Below are positions 15,689-27,732 of a stretch of DNA of 64,000 nt, piece by piece. A model generated the notes under the pieces. It ran no database searches, was not told where the DNA came from, and saw only the letters and a list, made by a program, of their open reading frames with translations. Source of the DNA: Octopus vulgaris (lineage: Eukaryota); NCBI GenBank assembly GCA_951406725.2, contig OX597818.1, positions 37,014,001-37,078,000 of the forward strand. Reading direction: 5' to 3'. Within the stretch, counting starts at the first letter, position 1. Each line of letters opens with the position of its first letter. A program made the position numbers and the translations under genes.

Positions 15689-15912
15689 ATGTGACAATTA
15701 TGTATAAAAACATTTTTGAATTCATAATATCCAATGTGACAATTATGTAAAAAACTTTTTTGAATGCATAATATTCAATGTGACAATTATGTAAAAAACT
15801 TTTTTGAACCCATAATATCCAATGTGACAATTATGTAAAAAACTTTTTTGAATGCATAATATTCAATGTGACAATTATGTAAAAAACTTTTTTTGAACCC
15901 ATATTATTCAAT
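15689..15912 (+). repeat. ~44-bp minisatellite, five units (three in the left arm at about 11935-12068)
   Basis: Unit ATGTGACAATTATGTAAAAAACTTTTTTGAA(TG/CC)CATAATAT(T/C)CA. Confidence 0.9.
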
Positions 15913-15922
15913 GTTTCCTTAA

Positions 15923-15978
15923 ATGTAACTTTTGACAATCTTTTACCAAAGAGTGAAACCGGTTAAGTAAATAAACAT
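15923..15978 (+). ncRNA. Minimal type-I hammerhead, U3-A8 variant (right arm copy)
   Basis: ATGT.ACTT-TTGACAA-TCTTTTACCAAAGAGT-GAAA-CCGG-TT-AAGT...ACAT: stem I ACTT/AAGT plus ATGT/ACAT, a stem II hairpin and palindromic stem III ACCGGT. Confidence 0.65.
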
Positions 15979-16094
15979 CGTTTAAATTGCATTTTCAAAC
16001 CTTTTTTCTTATATAATCCCACTCGTGCGATACCCCACAACTCAACTTTTTTATATATGTATATATATATATATATATATGTCTGTATGTATGT

Positions 16095-16325
16095 ATATGT
16101 TTGTGTGTCTGTGTTTGTCCCCCCCAACATCGCTTGACAACCTATGCTTGTGTGTTTACGTCCCCGTAACCTAGCGATTCGGCTAAAGAGACCGATAGAA
16201 TAAGTACTAGGCTTACAAAGAATAAGTCATGGGGGGGGGCGATTTTCTCGACTTAAGGTGGTGCTCCAGTATTGCCGCAGTTAAGTGACTGAAAAAGTAA
16301 AAGAGTAAAAAAAAAAGAAAAGAGT
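16095..16325 (+). mobile_element. SINE family B, 3' module
   Basis: GTGTCTGTGTTTGTCCCC...GATAGAATAAGTACTAGGCTTACAAAGAATAAGTC...AAAAGAGTA tail. Confidence 0.8.
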
Positions 16326-16417
16326 ATAAATCTTAGGGAAGAAAATTTTCATGTTTTGTTGAGGACTTTTCGCTATTTTCAACTTTCTTGTACACTTTAT
16401 ATAAGACAATCCATATA

Positions 16418-16648
16418 TATTTCTTTACTACCCACAAGGGGCCAAACACAGAGGGGACAAACAAGGACAGACAAAGCGATTAAGTCGATTCCATCGACCC
16501 CAGTGCGTAACTGGTACTTAATTTATCGACCCCGAAAGGATGAAAGACAAAGTCAACCTCGGCGGGATTTGAACTCAGAACGTAACGGCAGACGAAATAC
16601 GGCTACACATTTCGCCCGGCGTGCTACCGTTTCTGCCAGCTCGCCGCC
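16418..16648 (-). mobile_element. SINE family A, full length, with 20-bp TSD
   Basis: TATATAAGACAATCCATATA at 16398-16417 and 16649-16668. Confidence 0.93.
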
Positions 16649-16699
16649 TATATAAGACAATCCATATAAGGCATACTTCTTTTTTGTAGCGGCGTTGAG

Positions 16700-17170
16700 T
16701 TTTTCCAGTAGAGTTCCGGATTTAGAATTCTTATATTATATACTTCCTTTGCCTTTCGTAGCAGCTCATTTTCTGTCTTTATTTTTTAAAAATGGGAATA
16801 CTTTCAGTTTTCTATTTAGACAAATGTGTCGATGTTAACTTCACGGAGCATTTCTATGAGATAAATATTTGATTTACTGTTTATGTGCCCGGGCCTGATC
16901 TATTAATTTTGATTCTGTTTGGTCGATATAATTCTCTTTGCGATGTGAGCATGTGATGCAGCATATGAGCTATTTTTTTTACATATGCAGTTCATGTTTG
17001 CATTAGCCTTTAATTCATTCCCATTTGTGAATATTTTTGTTTTCTCCGTATATCTATTTTCCATATCCCTCAACAAAGGTTTTCACATTTAGCTATCTGC
17101 ATCTTTTTCTTTCCTTGCGTGAATTTTGCCTTTGTTGAGAATCTTTTCGATTGGGTGGCTGTCTTTGTTA
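16700..17170 (-). pseudogene. Older degraded Neptune-type PLE GIY-YIG relic
   Basis: Minus strand patches QRQPPN...NMNC...LICCITCSHRKENYIDQTESKLIDQARAHKQ*IK...KVFPF...ILNPEL are colinear with the 13900-14400 endonuclease. Confidence 0.72.
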
Positions 17171-17631
17171 ATCATTCGTGATCAACGGAACATCACAGTT
17201 CCATCTGCGATTCAACTCGTATCGTAAATGCAACTATGATGTTCCAGTTATCGTATGAGTTATCTGTATTCATTTGTGAATATATTATTGGGTTGTATAA
17301 TTATGAGCATACACATTGCTGCACACATGTACGTATAATTTCGTGTACTGAAATTAGTACAACGTGAAGTTTACGAAACGGCTATCTATCTGAAATACCT
17401 ATATTTTGGCATGTGTGTGTATATGTGTATGTGTGCGTGTGTGTGCGTGTGTGTGTGTAAATGTAGAACGTTGGAATGAATGCTCAATACTATAGCATTG
17501 GGACGACCAAAGCCTTGTGAGTGGATTTGTATACATCTATGAGTGTGTGTCTTTGTATATGTATGTATGTATGTATTTGTATTAAAAAAAAATAATAATA
17601 ATTTGTATCATAGAAATAAAGGTAGGCAAAC

Positions 17632-17732
<101 letters not shown>

Positions 17733-18904
17733 ATGATGGATGGATGGATGGATAGATGGATGATTTCATGACAAATAGGAGATCGAATGTGAATCTTCAA
17801 TTTACTTGCAACATCGATGATAAATAGTCTCATTGGTACGAAAGCAGAAGAAAAGTATAAGATATGTCTAATATTATTTTCATTGGTAACGATGATAATC
17901 TTCGCCTAAATAATATCTAGGTTTTATTGCATGAAACCGACCGAGATTGAAGTACCACCTCGAACGAAGTTCTGATTAATCGGACATTGAAAAGTTGTCA
18001 TGCTTTAGTCAATCAAGAAATATTGAAACCAACAAAAGTTTGAAAACACCTTAAACTGATGACATAGTTATGGTTAATAGGAAACGAAGTTAGCAAAGAA
18101 TATTGTTTATTAGATGAAATTTCTTGGCTCGTAGCAGAACACGTAGCAGTTTAGCAGTTGTAACAGAACCAGATATCTGAAAGACGGTATTGGTCAATAG
18201 CTGCAAAATAGTGCAGTATCAGTTTGTGATATAGCCTGTTCACTCAAATTTAATAGTGTTACGATACGAGAGACCAACTAGCAGAAGAGAGCAGAACTAG
18301 AGTGTGACATTACAGCATTTTCACTCAAGTTTACCGGTCTTACTCCGAGAGTCCAGGAAGATAGCAGATCTCCTGGTACAGAAGAATATTGACTTTTCAC
18401 AATGACGACTGCATTTTTGCTTCACAACGTTATCTTGACGTTACAGAAACAGTGGCTTTACAAACTACTTCATATTTAGCTAGCTTTCTCAATATACGGC
18501 ACGTAGTTCACTAAATGAATCAGTATTTCAATTCTGACAGTTCCGTGATAAAATATGTTTTCTGTACTGTTTCTACAGCGAAAACGTTAATTGTCAATGC
18601 TTTAAACTTCATACAGCCTTCTTTCTAATGTATTACTTTATGTTAAAATCATTACGTCATTCTACAAACTATTAGCTTATTTTCTGCCTTGTACTAAACT
18701 AAATTTAATGTTAACGCTGAACAGGAAGCTTGTTGAACATTTTGAATAATATTATCGTTGGTCACATTGTCTTATGGCTGTAGTAATAACTTCTTTTACG
18801 TAGTTTGTACACATTAAAATCCTAAAATCCATATTTCGTATTGACTAGAATAATTACCTGTCACTATGTTTTATCTAAGGAATCAACCCAAAATTACGAC
18901 AGAC

Positions 18905-19125
18905 TGGCCACACAGGGATGGGCACAGAGGGGACAATTACAAATGTAGAGCTTTTCTTTTCAAAGATGGAAAAGGTAAAAAAAAAAAAAAAGGAAACAAA
19001 TGTAAAATTTCGATCAAAAGGGATCGGGAAAAAAAAACGATCAAAAGGGATCGTGGGAAAGTAACAAACAAGATTAGGTTCATCCGTGGGAAGAGAAGCC
19101 TACAGAAAAGACCACGGTAACCTCA
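18905..19125 (-). mobile_element. Tx1/L1-like LINE 3' UTR fragment (same family as 6697-7462)
   Basis: Shares GCCACACAGGG, GTAGAGCTTTTCTTT, TCGATCAAAAGGGATCG and AAAAGACCACGGTAACCTC with 6709-6977. Confidence 0.8.
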
Positions 19126-19217
19126 GGCTGGGAGGGAATAAAAATAGATGGATAGTTAGAGACAGAGAGAGATCATGCCAAACTCACACGACAGAATAAT
19201 AAATACTAGTTATGTTA

Positions 19218-19460
19218 GTGAAGGCGCATGGCTCAGTGGTTAGAGCGTCGAGCTCACGATTGTGAGGTTGTGAGCTCGAATCCCGGACCGGGCTGCGTGT
19301 TGTGTTCTTTGGACAATATCGGTGACGTGGAGAGGGGAGGCCGGTATGCATGGGCGACTGCTGGTCTTCCATAAAAAAACAACCTTGCCCAGACTTGTGC
19401 CTCAGAGGGTAACTCTCTAGGTGCAAACCCATGGTCAGTGTCTGACCGAAGGGGGTCACT
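19218..19460 (+). mobile_element. tRNA-derived SINE family C, internally deleted, 15-bp TSD
   Basis: TGGCTCAGTGGTTAG A-box and GAGCTCGAATCCC B-box; TSD ATACTAGTTATGTTA at 19203-19217 and 19461-19475; homologue at 61206-61540. Confidence 0.9.
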
Positions 19461-19760
19461 ATACTAGTTATGTTATAATTTAAATGCTATCTAACTAAAG
19501 ATCATGTAACTTTGTCTATAATGAAGCTCGTGAGACAAACCAAAGTTTTAATTTACGGGATTACTTGTCTGAATATATGTCCCCCGCTCTCTTGCCGATA
19601 CAGAGTAACAAGTACGGGTATAATCTAAAATTATCATAGACTTGTTGGGTATATAACCCTAATCAAAAATTTCAATGTCCATACGTTCAGTGAGTGCTCA
19701 CTAGTACGTTAAACTTGCAGTTGATCAAAAACCTAACTAATGACTTATACGTCAAATATA

Positions 19761-19995
19761 CTGGGTTGACCAAAAGTCGCCCGACAGTAAATCAAAATTC
19801 CATAAATAGTATCTATAATTCTGTATTGACTTGAATGGAAAAATGTATCGCTCAAGAAGGACTTCAATTTGAACAATTTTCATGAGGCTTCATATTTAGA
19901 TGCTTTTATTGAATCCGTTCAGTTGTTAAGCATAAGTAAACCTTGGAATTAAATATGGTTTTGATTTACTGTCAGGTAATTTTTGGCCAACCCAG
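19761..19995 (+). mobile_element. Tc1/mariner deletion derivative (MITE)
   Basis: ~37-bp imperfect TIRs (CTGGGTTGACCAAAA...ACAGTAAATCAAAA), TA on both sides, and an internal transposase C-terminal remnant EKCIAQEGLQFEQFS*. Confidence 0.88.
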
Positions 19996-20159
19996 TATTA
20001 TAATATAATGTTGACATTTTTCTGACTAATTGAATATCTTATGCTAATTAATCTGTCGAAAACCGACCGAAGCTCCTGATACAAAACACAGAGATATTTA
20101 TGATTGCATATTATACAGCTGGATCAAAGACAATAATTCTAGATATTACGTCAAGTAAA

Positions 20160-20548
20160 TCTATATATATAAATCTGAAGTTGTCTGTGTATGGCAGGTT
20201 TGGTAGCCTTCAACTAACACTATCTCCTCCGAGACCCTGCGGCGCAAGTTGACTAAAATTGAGAGTATGATAGAAGAAGGCTTGCTCTTCCTTCCGTAGA
20301 AGAAAAATTCAAATCGGACCATGTTAACACCAAAAATTATTTACATCAAAAAGGTGCTTTTTTTCTATAAAAATCCCTATGTTTTACGATTTTAAGACTG
20401 CTGTGGCGCCATTTTTCGGTGTATTTCAACCAGAAAAATGTTCACTTAAAGAGAATATCAGGCTACATAATGAAAAATTTTTACTTTTCAAAAATTTCAA
20501 TTCTAAAGGGTCGAAGCAAACCTGAGCAACGCCGGACTATACTGCTAG
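20160..20548 (+). mobile_element. Non-autonomous Helitron
   Basis: A|TCTATATATATAAA 5' end, subterminal CCTGAGCAACGCCGG hairpin remnant, CTAG|T 3' end, no TSD. Confidence 0.85.
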
Positions 20549-20924
20549 TATTGATGTAATGTTAACATTTCTTTTGTAAATTATGTTATCTGCAGGTACT
20601 ATAGCTTTGACTTCAACAACATAATGCGAATATCGCAGTTGACCAGTTACTTTAAGGGGTTATCATAGTCTTGTGGTGGTACTGCTGATTGACTGAACGT
20701 ATGACTGTACCATGGAAATCCGCGGAATTTGAAAATCCAGAAGTAATGGAAAAATCTTCGTTTTTTTTTACGGTTTAATACACAATTTTCATCGATGTAC
20801 GCAATATTGGTATGTGTATATACGAATGTGTATGTATAAGTGTGTATGTGTGTGTGCGTGTGTGTGCATTTGTGTATGTGTGAGTGTGTGTGTGTGTGTG
20901 TGTGTTATATGTCACAATTTCATA

Positions 20925-21448
20925 TTTCTTTATTGCCCACAAAGAGCTAAACAGAGGGGACAAACATGGACAGACAAAGGGATTGAATCGATTACATCGA
21001 TCGCACTGCGTAACTGGTACTTGATTTATCGACCCCGAAAGGATGAAAGGCAAAGTCGACCTTGGCGGAATTTGAACTCAGAACGTAGCGGCAGACGAAA
21101 TACCTATTTCTTTACTATCCACAAAGGGCTAAACACAGAAGGGACAAACAAGGTCAGACAAACGGATTAAGTCGATTACATCGACCCCCGTAACTGGTAC
21201 TTATTTAATCGACCCCGAAAGAATGAAAGACAAAGTCGACCTCGGCGGAATTTGAACTCAGAACGTAGCGGCAGACGAAATACCTATTTCTTTACTACCC
21301 ACAAGGGGCTAAACACAGAGAGGGCAAATAAGAAAAGACAAACGGATTAAGTCGATTTTATCGACTCCAGTGCGTAACTGGTACTTATTTAATCGACCCC
21401 GAGAGGATGAAAGGCAAAGTCGACCTCGGCGGAATTTGAACTCAGAAC
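20925..21448 (-). mobile_element. Head-to-tail trimer of SINE family A core plus tail (~178-bp units)
   Basis: Three units, with identical junctions AAAGAAATAG|GTATTTCGTCTGCC (minus strand) at about 21103 and 21283. Confidence 0.9.
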
Positions 21449-21775
21449 CCCGGCATTATGAGTCGTCAGTCGGGAACATTAAGCACTAGGCTACGTGCCG
21501 TCGTCAGCAAGTAATGAAAATCTATAGCGTGTATGCAATTTAGCTAGATAGCACGTTGACTTGGCATTATAACGAAGCTGATAAGAATTAAAAGTTGGAG
21601 AGGGTCATGTTGTACTGTGATATCAAAAAGAAATAAAATGTTAACCTCTGCTTTACTCCATTCAAAAAAATATACTTATTTTCAGTTATTATTTCCAATT
21701 GTTCTGCTGATTACACTTGTTTATAACGAAACTGATAACTATGTAGCACATATACATACGTACATATATACATAA

Positions 21776-21855
<80 letters not shown>

Positions 21856-22061
21856 ATGGATGGATATTAATGTTTGCATTATATGTCAAGTAATATATAT
21901 AAAAAAAATCAAGATGAATTTTTAGTACGACACATATTTATTAACTTTTGCAATGAAAAATTTTGAAAGGAACTTCTAAATTTCGGCTTGCTCATCTTCT
22001 TTATTTATGTATGTGAGTGCGTTTGTGTGTGCGCGCGCATGTCTATTTTTGTGTGTTTGCG

Positions 22062-22104
<43 letters not shown>

Positions 22105-22220
22105 ACATATACATATACACAAGCACACACATAAACATATATGTGTGTGTGTATGTCCAACCCGTGTCAGCATGGAAGGATGATGTTAAACGATGATAAC
22201 GATGATGATGATATATATAT

Positions 22221-22553
22221 AGTCAACTGATGAGATCCAGAGATCCTCGAAATAGAAAACGCTTGTAGCGCTCAAATGATTCAAACTTAGATTCTGGCTG
22301 CATATTTTGATGAATTATATCAACCAACATTATGATGGATTTCCGAGCCCCTAGAAACAGCTGTTGGAGTCCCCTTTCATTTCTCCTGTCATTTGTACGG
22401 TGTGTAAGTTTGATCTAAATATCTATATATTCATACTTACATATTCGTTGTCTGAAAATCTCCGGTCTTTGTTTTCTCTGTTTACATACATATATATTAA
22501 CTCGTTTGTTTTCGTTCTTCATGTTGTTTACACAGTTGTTGATGTCCTATACC

Positions 22554-22587
<34 letters not shown>

Positions 22588-23215
22588 TAATAAATAAAAC
22601 ATATGCATATATATATACATATATGTACGTACCTACCTCTACATGTATATATACACGCATATATGTGTACAGGACACCAAAAAAAACGTCGAACACAATG
22701 AGAAACGAAAACATAGACACAAACCCAAGGAACTGGACCTTTTTTTAAATAACAAAAAAATAGAGTACAGGACAATTAACACAAAGAAAAAACCCTTCTT
22801 CAGTCGCCATGGTTTCATCTACTCTACGTTTCGAAGGTGAAGGCGAGACGTATCTTCGACAAGAAACTTTCCTTCCTGCGAAAAGCAAATCAATAAAAAT
22901 TTGAGATCTTTTCGCAGAGGGGTAAAAATGGTAACAAAAACAGGACAGTATTGACAGTACAAATTATAAGCAGTAAAAGACAGGACAAGGAAAAACAAGA
23001 TAAGAAGGGCTGTTAACGCCGAACGAAAAAAAGTATTACGAACGCTGATTTCTGTGAACGACGAACGGAGCAAAAATAATTGCCGTCCACACCTTGAGAA
23101 TGTCAAGCTAGAAAAGACAGTAGCGGAAGTCTCGTCGCGGGTCAACGACGGGAGGGGGGAGGAGGAGCAAGAGAAAGGGAGAGAAGAAAGGGGAATGGTT
23201 GTATATATACATACA

Positions 23216-23250
<35 letters not shown>

Positions 23251-23890
23251 TATTTATATTATTATTTAATTGAACACCACGCATCTATTTCCTAGTAAGT
23301 TTATCTTAACCTTTTCGATGCAACTCTACTCTATACTGTTTTCCGCCCCATCCTTCTCTAATTCCCTTTTTCCCCTTCACCGTCTTCTATCAGTTTCTCT
23401 CCCTCTTTCTCTTTTTCTTTCTCTCTTTGCTCACATGTGACCATCGTCCATCTTTCTTTTTCTCACGTGACCATCTTTCTTTTCCTTCATATCGTTCAAA
23501 GGACTGGATGTCTTCTATCTATCTCTCTCTTCTATCGTTTTCTCTTTTCAAAGAAAATATTTCTCCCGGCGTTCACTATTTTCTTCTCGTTCTGGTCTAA
23601 CGACTATCCATGTTTGTTTTCGTTTGGTTTCCTTGTATGTCTCCACTGTCCTGTTTTTGTTTCCAACTTTGACGCTCCATAAATCCAAAATTTTATTTTG
23701 GTATTTAAGAAAGCAACTGTCTTCGAAGACTCATACTGTCGTCGAATGCTCAAAATGAAAAGTAGATAGGCAGTCGTTCTGTGTTACTTGTCCTGTTTTC
23801 CATTTTTTCTCTCGTTGTTTGCGTATTTAACTCGTTAGTTTTCGTACTTCATGTTGTTTACACAGTTGTTTACGCCCTGTACCCATATAT
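22221..23890. mobile_element. Cluster of short PLE-terminus-like non-coding fragments in mixed orientation around (TA)n
   Basis: ~65-bp direct repeat at about 22497-22560 and 23827-23890 ending ACCCATATAT; related inverted segment at about 22665-22810; CTGATGA...GAAA at 22227-22252. Confidence 0.5.
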
Positions 23891-24008
23891 GCATATATAT
23901 ATATATATATATATATAGTATATCAAACCGAACATGTTATATTTAATTTGTTTATCCGTATAATTAACGTTCTCTCTCCCACACTCTCTCTCTCACTTTC
24001 TTTCACTT

Positions 24009-24043
<35 letters not shown>

Positions 24044-24053
24044 ATATATATAT

Positions 24054-24101
<48 letters not shown>

Positions 24102-24549
24102 GTGATAGATAGATATGTACAGATATGCATACATATATGTGTGTGTAAGTGTTTGAGGTAATAAGAATTTCAAAACTTTTTTGGAACAGTGAAACACGAA
24201 GCAGATAAAGCTATAACTTTGGATAGAAAAAGTTGAAAGTACTCTTCGTCTTTCTATTCAAAGGCTTTTAAAGCTGTTTTCATACTATTTGTTATAGCTT
24301 TATCTGATTGGTGTTCTACCGTTCTTAAAAGAGTTGCGCGCGCCCGTATGTGTGTGTGTGTATGTGTGTGTGTTTATTTATTTATGTCCTTGTCAACTTG
24401 ATCATCACATCAAAATAAATTGGACTCTGCTCTCAGTATAAAGTCAATACATCAGTACATATTTCGCTGCTTTAAAATAATAAGTGTGTGTGTGTGTAAA
24501 GAGAGAGGAAAAGAGCAAGTGATGCACGCAGATAGATAGACAGACAGAC

Positions 24550-24607
<58 letters not shown>

Positions 24608-24632
24608 GTAAGTAGATAGGTAGGTAGGTGGG

Positions 24633-24724
<92 letters not shown>

Positions 24725-25483
24725 CAGCCGAAGCGTACTCAGCAACCACAGCAGGAACATTTCCCGTTGGTACGAATAGGTGCAATAAGAACAAACAAAA
24801 AATAGCAGCTGCAGCATTATGAAAAGATTTGATTTTTATTTATTATGAACCCTCAACCATTCATTGCAGACCCCGCCGCTATACATCATTAATAGCCCTT
24901 TATAACACCATATTTTTTTTTACCGTCTGCACTGCATCTGCACCAGACGATACATTCATTGACGGGAAGAAGAGGCAATGGAAAAATGGCGGGTGCAATC
25001 TTTCAACGTTTGTTACTATTTGCTTAGTTCTTATTGATGACCGGTTAACTTATTGACTGTCTGAATGCGTTCATATACGTTCACATCACACTTGAAATCA
25101 AATACATACAGATATACACATATACATGCATGTACATACACAAACACATATATATATTTATTAACACATTAAGTGTTTGTATATATGTACGTGTGTGTGT
25201 GTATATTTGTATATGTATATATTAGGGACAGCTTTACATTCAAACTTCTTATATTGATGTGCTTGTCTTTAATGTATTTTATTAACGATTTTATCTTTTT
25301 TTATTTTATTTTTATTTTTTTAGTATTTCCTTCTCATTTTTTTGTGTTTTTTTTTTTTTGTTATTCTTAGTTTTGACCAATAACTTTCCGATGTCCATTA
25401 ACATTTCAAGACCTTCTTGGTCACATCCTCTGAATAAAATGAGGAAAATTGTTTGTTTGTTTGTGTGTGTGTGTGTGTGTCTG

Positions 25484-25614
<131 letters not shown>

Positions 25615-25730
25615 ATGTTTGTGTGTATGTGTGTGTAGAAATATACATCAAACATATATGTGCGTGTGTGCGTGTGTGCGCGTATGTATATTTATACATA
25701 CATATATGCATACATACATTTGCATATATC

Positions 25731-25790
<60 letters not shown>

Positions 25791-25793
<3 letters not shown>

Positions 25794-26347
25794 GATGCCC
25801 TCTCGTTATCGAGTATGGCCATTGCACGAAGCTTAATCAATGTTGTTATCGTGCAATGCCTGTGCAAGAAGAATTTTTTTAAAGTGAGGAAATGCTGTGC
25901 ACTGAGTCAATCCCACTCACTAAGCAACAGCAGCCATAATCCGAAAAGAACAAGTCAACATCATCAGTAACCACTGAGCCGCAGGTTTTATGTCGGAGTT
26001 ATCCCAGTTACCTGAGTTGCCTTCTCCTAGAAGGATGCCCTAACAAAGGCTAGGAGTCCTTCACTACCAATGGTTTAACCGCGCGATCGTGTATTCAGTC
26101 CGATTATTTCTATGTTCCCGCGCATGATACAGCCTTAAGACATTTATTGGATGGCCGTTGACTCTCAAGAGTTCCTCCACCCTTTGACGGGTTTTGTTTT
26201 TCATCCACCAGGATGTTTTTCATCCAATAAACACCCTCCTCACCAAGCAAGCTTCGTGGGGTTGCCGGTTTAGTTGCCAACGACCCGACCATGCAACAGG
26301 TTGTACTGGGTTACATGTTACCAGTAGCACTCAAAAGTGACCTGACA
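25791..26347 (-). mobile_element. Probable non-autonomous RTE-derived element
   Basis: Minus strand has TAGCCTTTGTTAGGGCATCCTTCTAGGAGAAGGCAACTC, resembling the conserved RTE 5' motif, and an RTE-like 3' end (GATAACGAGAGGGCATCCAC); bounded by (TA)n; no ORF. Confidence 0.5.
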
Positions 26348-26349
26348 TA

Positions 26350-26407
<58 letters not shown>

Positions 26408-26929
26408 GTGTATGTATTTAAATATGTACATGCATGCATACATACATACATACATACATACATACATACATACATGCATGCAGACATACATGCATACATA
26501 CATGCATACATACATGCAGGCAAACATACATAAACACTTATGATTACACTCCCTTCGGTATAATACCAGATGTTGTGTAAATACGAGAGTGCACAAGACC
26601 ACGGGAATGTATCTTATATATCTCCATGTGTGTGGTCGTACACATTTTCGGGAGGCGCTGTGGAACGGGGTCGAAGCGAAGAAACTATACGATTAAGAAC
26701 GCAAAACATCAGGACAGCTAGGTGATACAAAAGGGACAACAAAACATCCAGATAGACGATACAAAAAAAACAAGGACGAGTCTTTCGAAGTTTTCGTTCT
26801 TCAGTCAAGCACCAGATTATCCTCGCAATTTCGGCTCCTTCTACGCTAGAGAAGACAGTTAAATTCCAAACCACTAATAGGGATAAAATTTCGAAGGGGA
26901 TGAAAAATAAAAACATTTACCATCTAATT

Positions 26930-26999
26930 CCTGGACCAATGGTTTCAGACTTTATTTAGCAAATAAAATAATTTGCTAGGCGAAGTCTTCTTCAGCAGA
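26930..26999 (-). ncRNA. Type-I hammerhead ribozyme with canonical core
   Basis: TCTG-CTGAAGA-AGACTT[..TAGCAAAT/ATTTGCTA..]AAGTCT-GAAA-CCATTG-GTC-CAGG: intact CUGANGA/GAAA core, GUC triplet, stems I, II and III pair. Confidence 0.78.
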
Positions 27000-27342
27000 T
27001 ACACCTTAGATTAAAACCGGATACCTTAGATTTAATCTAAGGTGTACCTGGATACCTTAGATTTAATCTAGTGTAGGTAGATAGAATAATATTTATTACA
27101 GATATTAAAAGTAGCAAAGTAGCATCGAAATTACATATCAGAAAATATGCAAACTCCGCTAAAAAATAGTACATTCGTGTAAGCAGAATTTCTTTGCTAA
27201 AACATCAAGTCTGTAAAATAAAACAATTTACTCAGTAGTTATATTTAATTTACGAAGCGTGCGGTTTCAATTTCCTGTCTCCTTCATCTTTGATTCAAGC
27301 ATTTTTGTGTGTGTGTGTGTATTTATGAGTGTGTGTGTGTGT

Positions 27343-27414
<72 letters not shown>

Positions 27415-27446
27415 TGTGAGTGTCTGAGTGTTATTTTCATTAATAT

Positions 27447-27732
27447 AATAGATAGATAGATAGATAGATAGATCGATAGACACATACACAGGCAGACAAG
27501 CAGCTAGAGAGACAGACAGGTAGGTAGGTAGGTAGGTAGGTAGGTAGGTAGGTAGGTAGGTAGGTAGGTAGGTAGGTAGGTAGGTAGGTAGGTAGGTAGG
27601 TAGGTAGGTAGGTAGGTAGGTAGGTAGATAGACAGACAGACAGATAGATGGATAGACGGATAGACACAGAGGCAGGCAAGCAGGTAGGTAGGTAGGTAGG
27701 TAGGTAGGTAGGTAGGTAGGTAGGTAGGCAGG
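27447..27732. repeat. (GATA/GGTA/GACA)n compound microsatellite
   Basis: Direct reading. Confidence 0.95.

Larger units (their letters stand above)
14700..15996 (+). repeat. Right arm of inverted repeat (inverted pseudo-LTR)
   Basis: Reverse complement of 11846-13048 with two extra ~44-bp tandem units. Confidence 0.95.

Noticed and set aside
15689-15912. Regularly spaced repeats resembling a CRISPR array
   Set aside because: Units are contiguous with no unique spacers, the context is eukaryotic, and there are no cas genes.
17850-18800. Unique segment with a loose internal repeat (TTCACTCAA.TTTA)
   Set aside because: The similarity is too short and I found no element ends.
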